IMG/VR virus record: IMGVR_UViG_3300035534_000060
From: a virus
Length of the DNA: 61,473 nt
Strand: one strand, 5' to 3'
Each line of letters starts with the position of its first letter. Positions within the stretch are counted from its first letter, which is position 1. This document shows, one piece after another, positions 15,816-25,611 of this stretch. A program made the position numbers and the translations under genes. The notes under the pieces were generated by a model, which had not been told where the DNA came from, did not search any database, and worked only from the letters and a program-made list of their open reading frames with translations.

Positions 15816-17518
15816 TGACACGGACACTTGAAGAATTACGAGAATATCTTGTTGGCGAATGGCTCTTCGATAATGACTTCCTTGATACATCTGGAAATGG
15901 CAATCATGGTACTCCTACTGATATAGAATGGAAACCTACTGCAAGAGGACTGAAACCGTATTTTAATGGTAGTAGTTCTTATATTGATTGTCAAAACCAA
16001 TTAACAGAATCAAATAATATCACTGTTTCTGCATGGGTATATCCAAACATAAATGAAGATGGGGATAAAACGATATTGTCTCAATTTTCAGATGATATAT
16101 ACTCGGGTGCATATACACTTCGGTATAGAGCCAAAAAAAACGGTTATCACTTTTCAGTATGGACTGATGATATATATGTAGATGCTCCAATAGCATCTGG
16201 ATTTTTAAACGGTCAATGGATTCATTTTGTCGGTACTTATGATGGCTCATATATAAAATTATATCAAAATGGTGAATTAGTTGCATCTGATACACTTACT
16301 GGAAACATAAATTATGATGATGATGATGGTGATAGATTCGTGATTGGTGCTAGGGAATATAATTTCCCAGGTACTACTTGGGATGGTAACATTGGCGAAA
16401 TTGGTGTATATTCAACCGCACTCACCGATGATGAAGTCCTTGCACTCTACGAAAGCACCAAACATGCATATGGGGTTGTTCCAGCAGAACGTTCGTTTAC
16501 CCACCGATTACAACCGGAAGTCGATGCAAATACTGTCGCTGCTTTCGATATGAGTACCAAGAACAGCGATGGTACACTCATGGATTTGTCAGGAAATAGT
16601 AATCATGGTGATATACAGGGGGCTGTCAGAGCGGGTGGATATTTCACCGATGGGATGATGTCAGGTTATGGTAATCATAATATAATACAATTCAATCATA
16701 ATAATGATATTGATTTCAGTAAAGAATTATATTTAGAACTCATTATAACTATACCTGATTGGACAAAGGTTGGTAGTTACACACCTGTAATACAAAAGAC
16801 AAATGAACCAAATAATCTAAAAAATGGGTTTAATTTGCGTAAAAATTCTGATAATAATAAATTAACATTTTCGATTGGCAATAGTACAAACACTTCATAT
16901 GAACAAACCAATGTGTTATCTGAAAATAGAAAATATTTAATACAATGTTATTATGAATCAGGTGTTGGTGGAGAAATTTGGTGTGATGGGGAATATTTAA
17001 ATTCACTATCATCTATTGGAGATATTGATCTTAATACAGAACCTATAAACATTTTTAATCGTTCTGATAGGTTGAGCGATGGTCAATATATAATTCAATA
17101 TGCTAAAATAATGAATGTAGTACCAACTGATTCACAAATAAAATCCAGATTCAACTCACTTGCTAACTTACCGCTCTACACCTTCGATGCTTCCAAGTAT
17201 CCCACAAGTAGCGGTTGGACTGCAAATGTACCATACAGCAGCATGTCGATAAGTTCCGGTGAATTCTCATTCACTGATGATGGACAATTACAATGTGATA
17301 GTGCAGGTTCATTTTCACTTCGGAATTCCCATCCCTTCGATGCTGATGAATACATCAAATTGACAATCAATGGTGTCGAATATGCAGGTACAGGTAGTGT
17401 AACTGAAGGTACTGTCACTGTATCCCTGACACAAGGCAGCAATAAGATTAGTGTCAATATGGGTACTGGTGATGTAATAGACGGTATCGATATACAGTTC
17501 AGAGAACCTGTTGAGTAA
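15815..17518 (+). CDS. LamG/concanavalin-A-like lectin domain protein (putative receptor-binding protein)
   Basis: Two LamG-like units: SGNGNHGT...ITVSAWVYP...WIHFVGTYDG...KLYQNGELV...GEIGVYSTALTDDEV and a second GNSNHGD unit. Confidence 0.55.
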   Translation: MTRTLEELREYLVGEWLFDNDFLDTSGNGNHGTPTDIEWKPTARGLKPYFNGSSSYIDCQNQLTESNNITVSAWVYPNINEDGDKTILSQFSDDIYSGAYTLRYRAKKNGYHFSVWTDDIYVDAPIASGFLNGQWIHFVGTYDGSYIKLYQNGELVASDTLTGNINYDDDDGDRFVIGAREYNFPGTTWDGNIGEIGVYSTALTDDEVLALYESTKHAYGVVPAERSFTHRLQPEVDANTVAAFDMSTKNSDGTLMDLSGNSNHGDIQGAVRAGGYFTDGMMSGYGNHNIIQFNHNNDIDFSKELYLELIITIPDWTKVGSYTPVIQKTNEPNNLKNGFNLRKNSDNNKLTFSIGNSTNTSYEQTNVLSENRKYLIQCYYESGVGGEIWCDGEYLNSLSSIGDIDLNTEPINIFNRSDRLSDGQYIIQYAKIMNVVPTDSQIKSRFNSLANLPLYTFDASKYPTSSGWTANVPYSSMSISSGEFSFTDDGQLQCDSAGSFSLRNSHPFDADEYIKLTINGVEYAGTGSVTEGTVTVSLTQGSNKISVNMGTGDVIDGIDIQFREPVE

Positions 17519-17558
17519 TCGACAGGTTTTTCATATTTTTAATACTTTTTAATATGAG

Positions 17559-17753
17559 GTGAAAACTATGGAAGATTTGATAGGTACATTTATAGGCGGA
17601 GTTATCACAGGCGCAGGAATTTTGTATGGGTATTGGAAATCTATACCAAAAAAGAAAAAAGAAGCCGCATTTGAGGAATTAATAAAATCTATGGAAGATG
17701 GAGAAATTTCTGTCTCAGAAGGTATGAATGCAGCAAAAAAGTTAATTTTTTAA
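17559..17753 (+). CDS. Small membrane protein
   Basis: GxxxG-rich hydrophobic N-terminus followed by KKKKE. Confidence 0.4.
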   Translation: MKTMEDLIGTFIGGVITGAGILYGYWKSIPKKKKEAAFEELIKSMEDGEISVSEGMNAAKKLIF

Positions 17754-17789
17754 GAAAATCTTAAATATTTAAAGCACATATTCCTATAT

Positions 17790-19292
17790 ATGAATTTAGA
17801 TCAGATAAATGAATATATGGAGGAGCAAGATTATGACAAACGCCAAAGAAATTATGTCAACTTGCTCTGTAATACTTTTAACATGAAAAATGCTAAAGGT
17901 GAATTATTTCCTTATAGGCCTGAAAAATATCAAATAAATTATCACGCTCATTGTATGCTTGCCATGAAAGACTATCCTCACCGTATTTGGCGTAAAGCAA
18001 GGGGTGTCGGGGCAACTGCTACTACAATGATGGATGCTTTGATGGTTTCACACAGATTCAGAAAACAAACAATACCAGTAGCATCTATAACAGGCGAACA
18101 GGCATCTGTACCAATAGATTGGTCAATTGAATTGGCTGATAATACACAAATAGACGGCTTTTTTAATAGGCGGCAAGATGTGACTACTCGATGTGTATTA
18201 GATAATGGAAGTACAATTTTTGTAGTTCCGGGGCAAAAACCTGACTCTTTACGTAGTTACCGTTCTGTATTTGTTGTATATGATGAATTTGCTTTCCATG
18301 AATATCCACGCAAAATAAAGATTGCTGGTGATAGATGTGTTTCTGAAGGCGGCCAATTAAATATTCTTTCAACTGTTAATGGTACAGAAAACGAGTTTTG
18401 GAGACTTCTTGAAAATGCTGAAGATTTTGGTTATAAGGAATTTTCAGTACCTATGTTTGATCCAGAAAAGTTTGATATAAAGAAGCCTATACCGTATCAA
18501 ATTGAGCAAGGTTGGATTAAACCTATCGCCCCATGGATGAATATAGATATGCTTGAACGGGATAGAAAGAGTGACCCGATAGCGTTTATGCAAGAAACCC
18601 AATGTAATCCAGAAGACGGCGCTACATCATTCATGCCTACTGCACTTCTTTACAGAGCATCTAGAGAGCCATATATGATAGAGCAGGATGCCAGAGAAGG
18701 ATTCGGCATATATGTATGTGGTATTGACTTTGCTACTGAAAAAGATATGTCTGCATTTGAAATTTTTGAAAAAGTGCCACAAGGTTGGATACATCGCAAA
18801 AGAGTTGCTGTACAAAAGCATGATACGCCTCAGCAAGTTCAACTATTAAAAAGTTTGCATAGAGCATTTAATTTCAAATATGTGACTATAGATATGACAG
18901 GCCCGGGTACAGGATTTTACCATTATGCTAAAGAGCAGCTGCAAACTGAAGTGATTGGAATAAATTTCTCTACAAGGCACATCATTGAACCAGATAATCA
19001 ATATTTATATAGAAAAGCAGATAAAAATGTTAGAAAGGATGGAAAAATTTCCATACCAATTAAAAGAGCAATGGCTACTCATATGAAGAAAGAGGCTGAT
19101 GAAGGTCGATTGCTATTTCTTAATTATCCAGAATATATTAAAGATTTGCATTCAGTACCATATGATTCGCTTGATGCAAAGCGCAATAAAAATCATCATG
19201 GTGATGAGTTCTGGGGCAGCGCATTGGCATTATGGGGATACCAGATGCATGAGAATAGAATATCCATACCGCCAGTTTCATTGAGGTATTAA
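17790..19292 (+). CDS. Terminase large subunit (putative)
   Basis: 500 aa directly upstream of portal-sized gene; RGVGATAT P-loop-like, VFVVYDEFAF Walker-B-like, acidic C-terminal nuclease-like half. Confidence 0.6.
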   Translation: MNLDQINEYMEEQDYDKRQRNYVNLLCNTFNMKNAKGELFPYRPEKYQINYHAHCMLAMKDYPHRIWRKARGVGATATTMMDALMVSHRFRKQTIPVASITGEQASVPIDWSIELADNTQIDGFFNRRQDVTTRCVLDNGSTIFVVPGQKPDSLRSYRSVFVVYDEFAFHEYPRKIKIAGDRCVSEGGQLNILSTVNGTENEFWRLLENAEDFGYKEFSVPMFDPEKFDIKKPIPYQIEQGWIKPIAPWMNIDMLERDRKSDPIAFMQETQCNPEDGATSFMPTALLYRASREPYMIEQDAREGFGIYVCGIDFATEKDMSAFEIFEKVPQGWIHRKRVAVQKHDTPQQVQLLKSLHRAFNFKYVTIDMTGPGTGFYHYAKEQLQTEVIGINFSTRHIIEPDNQYLYRKADKNVRKDGKISIPIKRAMATHMKKEADEGRLLFLNYPEYIKDLHSVPYDSLDAKRNKNHHGDEFWGSALALWGYQMHENRISIPPVSLRY

Positions 19293-19293
19293 T

Positions 19294-20877
19294 ATGACAA
19301 ATGATGATAATGAATCTAAAGAACCAGTTATGGTCACTGCCGGAGTGCGTGACCTTGTACAAGAATTTGATGATTTCTTAACTATTCCGAGCCGTGAAAA
19401 GTTTACAAATAGAAGTCATGATGTGCGCAATAAATACGACACATATCGCACTATGACTGATTTTGATAGCGAAATTTCTTCAGCACTTACAAGAATTTCA
19501 GCAGTAGTTGCTAAAGCATATGATCAGCCTGCAATTACAAAGAGCGGAAATGAAGAACTTCTTGAAGATGTTAAAGATGTACTTGGTGAGATAGGGTTTG
19601 AACACATTTTACCAAACATCGTACATGATTTATCCAGAGATGGCGATGTTGTTCAAGTACCAGCAAAATTGTACAAAAGGGCAAGCACATCTTTAAAAAA
19701 TCTTGATGAAGTCTATCCTGTACCAATAAACATTCTGACAATAATAGATAGCGGCGTACAGAAAGGAATGGTAAGCAATTATGTTATTAGAAGTAGAGAT
19801 AAATATTTGCTAAATGAATCATATACAAGACCGGGTGTGACTGAAACACAATCATACCCCGGCGATATTGTATGGCATATTTCTCTTAATAATAGAGGCA
19901 ATTGGTCAAAAGATATTATGGGGCGCAATACATTTGGTGTATGGGGCACTAGCCCATTAGAATCATTAAAGAATATGGTTCGATGGAAATATCAATCAAT
20001 TAGGGATGATATAGCATGGAGACATGAAAATGTTCCTCGTACAGACCATTCAGTACCACTTGATGCTGTATTAGACATTAATCAATACTCAGGCACAATG
20101 GAAGAGCGCATTAACGCAGCCCGTAGGAATGCTGAAGGTATTCTGGAAGACTATAGGAATGGATTAGTCAATCTCAACAAGGATGATACGTCTATTGACG
20201 TAACTCAGGGATATGTACATGATGCAAATACTAAGATTGCACAGGTTGGCGGTCAAAATACCTATGCAGATTGTATGAACATTGTGAAAAAAGTAGATAT
20301 GTCTATTGCTACAAGGTTGGGCATTCCTTTATCAGCATTAGGCTATGAGTCCAGTTCATCATATGCTATTGGTAAAGTCACTGTAACATTCATGAATACT
20401 TTTGGACTACAATTGCTATCAGCAATACAAATCGGCACTTTCGATTTTGTTAAACGTGTCCTTGAGGCAAGAGGCAAGAAGTACAGCAAAAAAGATTGGA
20501 ATGAAATTTTCCTGAATTATAATGTTACTGACTTTGCTGAACTAAAAGAACTTATTGAGGCATGGACTACAGCATATAAACATGGTCTTGCTAGACTTGG
20601 TGAAGGGCGTGAAGGCATAGGACTTAATCCAATAGCACCTGAAGATGACCCTGCTGACCCAAATAATCAGTATTATCCAAATCTTTTTCAGCAAAGCCCA
20701 TTCACTGATAAAAATGGTGATGGTGAACAGACTGATGAAAGAGGCTTGACCAAGGAAGAGGCGCAAAAAATGTCAGATGAGGGTGGTGACCCTGCCCTTT
20801 ATTCTAAAATACCTATTGAACAAAAAGTAGCAATACTTTCACAGAGAATTGGGGAACTTGAGGATGATAAACGTTAA
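19294..20877 (+). CDS. Portal protein (putative)
   Basis: 527-aa ORF adjacent to terminase; assigned by size and position. Confidence 0.5.
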   Translation: MTNDDNESKEPVMVTAGVRDLVQEFDDFLTIPSREKFTNRSHDVRNKYDTYRTMTDFDSEISSALTRISAVVAKAYDQPAITKSGNEELLEDVKDVLGEIGFEHILPNIVHDLSRDGDVVQVPAKLYKRASTSLKNLDEVYPVPINILTIIDSGVQKGMVSNYVIRSRDKYLLNESYTRPGVTETQSYPGDIVWHISLNNRGNWSKDIMGRNTFGVWGTSPLESLKNMVRWKYQSIRDDIAWRHENVPRTDHSVPLDAVLDINQYSGTMEERINAARRNAEGILEDYRNGLVNLNKDDTSIDVTQGYVHDANTKIAQVGGQNTYADCMNIVKKVDMSIATRLGIPLSALGYESSSSYAIGKVTVTFMNTFGLQLLSAIQIGTFDFVKRVLEARGKKYSKKDWNEIFLNYNVTDFAELKELIEAWTTAYKHGLARLGEGREGIGLNPIAPEDDPADPNNQYYPNLFQQSPFTDKNGDGEQTDERGLTKEEAQKMSDEGGDPALYSKIPIEQKVAILSQRIGELEDDKR

Positions 20878-21301
20878 ATTTTCAGGTACAAAGGCATTTT
20901 CTAAATTAGCCAAAACTACTGCAAGTTTAAAATTAGGAGAAGAGTTTGCAAAAGAAATGGCTGGTAAAAAATTGAAAGCAGAGATGAAACGCACTATAGA
21001 TAAAGAAATGGTTAATTGGCCTGCATTAAGTCCAGTCACCGTATCTAGAAAAGGGAATGATAAAATATTGGTTGAGACTAGTGAAATGCGTGATTCAATT
21101 GATTTTAAAGATCATGGCAAATATATAACTATAGGTGTGCATGAGGATGCTCCTAATAATAGGTCATTAATAGCACTAATTCATGAACATGGTGCGCCAG
21201 ATGCTAATATTCCTGCTCGCCCATTCATGCAACCTACATGGGATAGGGAAAAAAGAGAAACAATTAAAGTGTTTGATAGATCGCTGAAGAAGTTCTTATA
21301 A
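20849..21301 (+). CDS. Minor head or morphogenesis protein (putative)
   Basis: 150 aa overlapping portal end; HEHGAPDANIPARPFM resembles a conserved morphogenesis-protein motif. Confidence 0.3.
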   Translation: MGNLRMINVKFSGTKAFSKLAKTTASLKLGEEFAKEMAGKKLKAEMKRTIDKEMVNWPALSPVTVSRKGNDKILVETSEMRDSIDFKDHGKYITIGVHEDAPNNRSLIALIHEHGAPDANIPARPFMQPTWDREKRETIKVFDRSLKKFL

Positions 21302-21333
21302 CTCTCAGTTATATTTTCTTCTTTTTTTATTAC

Positions 21334-21390
21334 ACCCTATGCTTAAAGTACACAGAAATAAAATAATTCTGTTTACTTTAATATATAGAG
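21334..21390 (+). repeat. 57-bp element with internal imperfect palindrome AAAGTACACAGAA/TTCTGTTTACTTT
   Basis: Exact reverse complement of 44190-44246; partial copies at 5861-5876 and 5999-6015. Confidence 0.85.
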
Positions 21391-21480
21391 AATAAGGTCA
21401 ATATTAAATACAAACCTATAAAAGTTTACATAAAATAGAAAGATTAATATAGGGTTAGTTATATAAAGGGATATAGGACT

Positions 21481-22803
21481 ATGCCATTTGCAGGATACGA
21501 TAACTTTAAAAATTGTGTGAAGCAGAATCAGGATAAAGAAGACCCAGAGGCATACTGTGCTGAAATACAGGAACAGGTAGAAGGGAGTGATGATATAACT
21601 GAAGATAATAATGTGGGTAGTGTTACATCAACCATACCTATAAAAATTATCGCTACTGAAGATGAAAATATTTTTACAATAGCAGCAGCAAAGGTTGGAA
21701 GTAAATCTTTTGGTGCATCTGGTAAAAAATATGTTTTTACAGAAGAAGCACTTAAAACATATGCTGAATCATGGAATGATGGGATTATTACTCTCAATCA
21801 TAGAAGATTGGATGATGGTGTCATTGTATCTTCATGGTATGATGAAGAAACGCAAATGGTTATGATGAATATTAAAGCAGATAATGAAGAAACTGCTAAA
21901 CGTATTCGTGACGGTGAACCAACCGGTGTTTCCATTGAAGCAAATGTACTTGACAGTGATGATGATGGAAATATTCTCTCTTTTGATGGTACTGGAGTTG
22001 GGATAATTTTTTACCCTGAACAGCCAGCATGTCCAGCAAAAGATGGATGCGGTATTCTTGCCAAAGAACAGTTTGATGAAAAGATTGTTACCGCAAGCGA
22101 AAAGAGGCAAGAAAAGATCAAATCATCTGAGTACGATTTAGCCCGAACAAATGATGCAGGCGACACAATAAAAATTGCTGAAGTAGTCATTTGGGATGAT
22201 ATGGGTGAATTTGAAAAAGATGTTGAATGGCAAATTATCAATTACGTTACTTATTACGGCGAAGGCAGTTATGAACTACTTGAATATTCCGATACGAAAG
22301 TTGGGGATACTGTATCTGGTACACCAGAATATACCGTAAATATTAGCGTAAATAAATCTACTACTAATGGAGAAATCTCTATGGCAAATGATAGCGAACC
22401 CGAAGTAATTGCGAAGGCTGATTATGAAGCCCTCGAAGCAAAGATGAAAAGTCTTGAAGATACACATAAGGATGAGATTGAGGCAAAAGATTCTGAAATC
22501 AAAGAACTTAAGGATGAAATCAATAGGCGTGACAGTGAGATTGCTGCATCACTTGTTGAGGAAATTAAGGCTTGGGATACAGAATTTGAACCTGAAGAAG
22601 GAATGCCACTCTCTACTATTCAGACTATTCATGCATCTGTGAAACGTGCCATTGCTGTACAGGAAGAGGCAAAGGCAAGCGAACAGGAAGAAGAGCCTGA
22701 AGAGGAAATTGAGGCAAGTGAATTTACTGCACCTGAGGCAGGAAAGAAATCTGATGGCTTTACCATTGGCGGAATTGTCAACGGCAAATGGGTCAGCAAA
22801 TAA
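21481..22803 (+). CDS. Putative scaffolding and/or prohead-maturation protein
   Basis: 440 aa between portal and capsid; acidic coiled-coil C-terminal third. Confidence 0.35.
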   Translation: MPFAGYDNFKNCVKQNQDKEDPEAYCAEIQEQVEGSDDITEDNNVGSVTSTIPIKIIATEDENIFTIAAAKVGSKSFGASGKKYVFTEEALKTYAESWNDGIITLNHRRLDDGVIVSSWYDEETQMVMMNIKADNEETAKRIRDGEPTGVSIEANVLDSDDDGNILSFDGTGVGIIFYPEQPACPAKDGCGILAKEQFDEKIVTASEKRQEKIKSSEYDLARTNDAGDTIKIAEVVIWDDMGEFEKDVEWQIINYVTYYGEGSYELLEYSDTKVGDTVSGTPEYTVNISVNKSTTNGEISMANDSEPEVIAKADYEALEAKMKSLEDTHKDEIEAKDSEIKELKDEINRRDSEIAASLVEEIKAWDTEFEPEEGMPLSTIQTIHASVKRAIAVQEEAKASEQEEEPEEEIEASEFTAPEAGKKSDGFTIGGIVNGKWVSK

Positions 22804-22822
22804 TTACTCGGAGGAATAAATT

Positions 22823-23269
22823 ATGGGAAATTTTGTAAATCCAATTAATAAAGTTGTTGCTAGTGGTACACCTAATATTCAGGTTCTCACTGTAACTGGA
22901 ACTGTAACCGAATGTAAGCCCGGCAGACTGGTAAAAGCAGGTACAGCCGATGACGAATGTGCTATTGGTACTGCTGCTGGAGATGCTGTTGGATGGCTCG
23001 GATTCGAACAGACTTATGCAACTTACAAGCCCACAGATATTGATACAGCATACGCATTGGGAGACCTTGCCACTGTAATAAATGGCCCCGGCATTCATGT
23101 TATAGCAACTGCTGCTGGAGCAGTAGATAAAGGTGCTCGTGTAGCAGCCGCAGCAGACGGAAAAGTTGTTGCATTCGATGACGCCACTATGACACCTGAC
23201 ATGATTGTAGGTGTGGCTGAGGAGACAATTTCTTCAGCAGGCAAAATTAGAATAAGGAGTATGATTTAA
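22823..23269 (+). CDS. Putative head decoration or capsid accessory protein
   Basis: 148 aa Gly/Ala-rich ORF directly before the capsid gene. Confidence 0.3.
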   Translation: MGNFVNPINKVVASGTPNIQVLTVTGTVTECKPGRLVKAGTADDECAIGTAAGDAVGWLGFEQTYATYKPTDIDTAYALGDLATVINGPGIHVIATAAGAVDKGARVAAAADGKVVAFDDATMTPDMIVGVAEETISSAGKIRIRSMI

Positions 23270-24148
23270 ATGGCAGGACATCCACTTACTGAACAACAGT
23301 ACACAATGTATGATGACGTTGTAACAAACGTTATCAGGAAAAAGATTATAGGTCGTAATCTAATCGCTATTGCCCCGGGCTCTCCATTTGGAATCGGTGT
23401 ACAGCAGATTGATTACAACAAACTGAACGATATGTCTGAAGCTGCACTCAGTATGAAACTTACTGAGAATCAGGACAGTGTAGGATATACGAATTCCAAG
23501 ATCGACATTCCAATCATTCACAAGGAATTTGAAATTGACAGCCGTGACCTTGCATCCTCACGTAGGACTGGTCAGCCTTTGGACACATCTAATGCTGAGG
23601 CAGCCGCAGCCAAAGTTGCCGAACTTGAAGATGAACTTATCATAACTGGTAAGGGAGACTATAACGGGCTATACGATGGCGCTGGTAACGACTACAGTAC
23701 TACCATGGACTTTGGTACGGCAGGCAATGCAATCGCTGCTGTGAAGGGTGCTATGCAACTCCTCATGGCTGATAAAATCTACCCACCATACAACCTCGTA
23801 CTCAACGAAGAACAGTACAATGAGATTGTAGGGCCAAGGGCAACTACCTCTGACAAATCTGAACTTGATATTGTCCGTGAAATGATTAGAGGTGGTGCTG
23901 GTGACGGTACACCCGGTGAAGTAGGTGTTGGTGGTGGGAATGTATATGTTACCCCAACCATGACTGCTGGTACTGGACTGCTTTGTGCTACACCTGATAC
24001 TCAGTATGCTGATCTCGCAATCGCACAGGATGTAACCATGACCATGGAAACACTTGAGAAATCTGGAAATGTGTTTGGCCGTGTAATGGAAGCACTTGTG
24101 CCCCGTATCAGAAATGATGTGGCATTCTGTAAACTTTCCGACATTTAA
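23270..24148 (+). CDS. Major capsid protein, HK97-fold (encapsulin-like)
   Basis: N-terminal LTEQQYTMYDDVVTNVIRKKIIGRNL and IPIIHKEFEIDSRDL resemble encapsulin-like shell proteins; followed by strong terminator. Confidence 0.55.
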   Translation: MAGHPLTEQQYTMYDDVVTNVIRKKIIGRNLIAIAPGSPFGIGVQQIDYNKLNDMSEAALSMKLTENQDSVGYTNSKIDIPIIHKEFEIDSRDLASSRRTGQPLDTSNAEAAAAKVAELEDELIITGKGDYNGLYDGAGNDYSTTMDFGTAGNAIAAVKGAMQLLMADKIYPPYNLVLNEEQYNEIVGPRATTSDKSELDIVREMIRGGAGDGTPGEVGVGGGNVYVTPTMTAGTGLLCATPDTQYADLAIAQDVTMTMETLEKSGNVFGRVMEALVPRIRNDVAFCKLSDI

Positions 24149-24149
24149 G

Positions 24150-24180
24150 TTGCCTGCAAAGGCAACCTTTTTATATTTTT
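24150..24180 (+). terminator. Hairpin plus T-tract terminator after capsid gene
   Basis: GTTGCC-TGCAAA-GGCAAC stem-loop then CTTTTTATATTTTT. Confidence 0.55.
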
Positions 24181-24221
24181 AAATCAATTTTAAATCAATC
24201 TATAGTCGGAGGTATAATCAA

Positions 24222-24596
24222 ATGGTTAAATTTTTGAAATGCGTAGTAACTGCCAAAAAAATTATGATCGAAGAGTTTGACAAAAAGACTGGTAAACCAG
24301 TTGTCGAAACTAAGACTGATATGTATGGCAATAAATATGAAGAGACTAAACAGAAGATTTATAGAAGGGGCGAAGAAGTATCTTTCCCAGAAAAGGTTGT
24401 AAAGAAACTTAAATCATCTGTTGAAATTGTGACTGCTCCGGTATTTGAACAGCCAGTAGCCGAAGAACCTGAAAAACCTAAAGAAGGCGAAATAAAGGAT
24501 AACGATAAAGGCGAAACTGTTGCTGATATGATACCAAAGGAAGAATCTAAAACAAAATCTACAACCAAGAAGTCCACTACATCTACGAAGAAGTGA
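24222..24596 (+). CDS. Lys/Glu-rich hypothetical protein
   Basis: 124-aa ORF ending in a low-complexity K/T/S tail. Confidence 0.4.
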   Translation: MVKFLKCVVTAKKIMIEEFDKKTGKPVVETKTDMYGNKYEETKQKIYRRGEEVSFPEKVVKKLKSSVEIVTAPVFEQPVAEEPEKPKEGEIKDNDKGETVADMIPKEESKTKSTTKKSTTSTKK

Positions 24597-24600
24597 TTAA

Positions 24601-25035
24601 ATGACTGTAACAGTAGCAGATATTCGTATTTATCCGCTCAATGACATCCCTGAATCTGATATGAGTGATAATGCTATTCAGGGTGCTATTGAGCAGGCTA
24701 CTGCATACATTTCTTATATTAAACGTAGTGATGTAACTGATTCTGAAACCGAATCAGCCATTCGTGCATTAGGAGGCTATCTTGCATATCTTGCATTTTT
24801 AGATAGACCTATTCAAGATGTTGCGGGCACAATGGCTGATGGCTATTTTACTCCCGCTACTGGAACTGAAGGGATACCACAAATTCGTTCTACATCCGAT
24901 GCTAGGGCAAAGGAAAGAGCACTTTATGAAACTGCTAAAACTTTTATAAATATGGTTTCTAAAGGAAATATGGAAAGTGGTAAACTTGAAAGCCAGTATA
25001 TTCCTTTTATTGGCCTGAGTTCTAGTAAAACTTAA
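24601..25035 (+). CDS. Head-tail connector (gp6-like) protein (putative)
   Basis: Position after capsid; N-terminal VTVADIR...AIQGAIEQATAYISYI pattern. Confidence 0.4.
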   Translation: MTVTVADIRIYPLNDIPESDMSDNAIQGAIEQATAYISYIKRSDVTDSETESAIRALGGYLAYLAFLDRPIQDVAGTMADGYFTPATGTEGIPQIRSTSDARAKERALYETAKTFINMVSKGNMESGKLESQYIPFIGLSSSKT

Positions 25036-25062
25036 ATAATATCAAGTCGTATATTACTTTGA

Positions 25063-25608
25063 GTGAAGGACTCACTCAAAATTTTATTCGCTCCCATCAA
25101 GAAGGACTTGATACACATGTATATGACAGAATCTCAGAAAAAGGCTATCTATGATATAATACCTAAGACTTTTACAATTAATTCTGAAACTGTTAGTGTA
25201 TCTTGTTTTTATGAAAATCAGATGATTCCTGATGGGCGTGACTCTGAACCTTTTTATAGTAATGCTACTTATCCATTGATTACATTAAAGTATGATGATA
25301 CTGATGAGTTCATTTTGGATATGGGTCAAGTAGTTATGAAAACGGCTAGATTAAATATTAATGTGTTTTCTACTAATATCGATAATCGGGGTAGTGGTGG
25401 AAATTATATTAATGGTAAGGTCGCATTAGATTACATGACTAGAAGTATTTTAGAAACTATAGAGAATTCGTATGAATCTCTTTATAGTTCTGGTATTTTC
25501 ATAAATGATAGAATAATGGGAACTAAAGTTATGGATTTATCAACAATTGCTACTAGAAAACATGTATATAGAAACAAATTTAGACTTAATATAACCTATG
25601 AGGTGTAA
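25063..25608 (+). CDS. Hypothetical structural protein
   Basis: 181-aa ORF in morphogenesis module. Confidence 0.4.
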   Translation: MKDSLKILFAPIKKDLIHMYMTESQKKAIYDIIPKTFTINSETVSVSCFYENQMIPDGRDSEPFYSNATYPLITLKYDDTDEFILDMGQVVMKTARLNINVFSTNIDNRGSGGNYINGKVALDYMTRSILETIENSYESLYSSGIFINDRIMGTKVMDLSTIATRKHVYRNKFRLNITYEV

Positions 25609-25611
25609 TAA

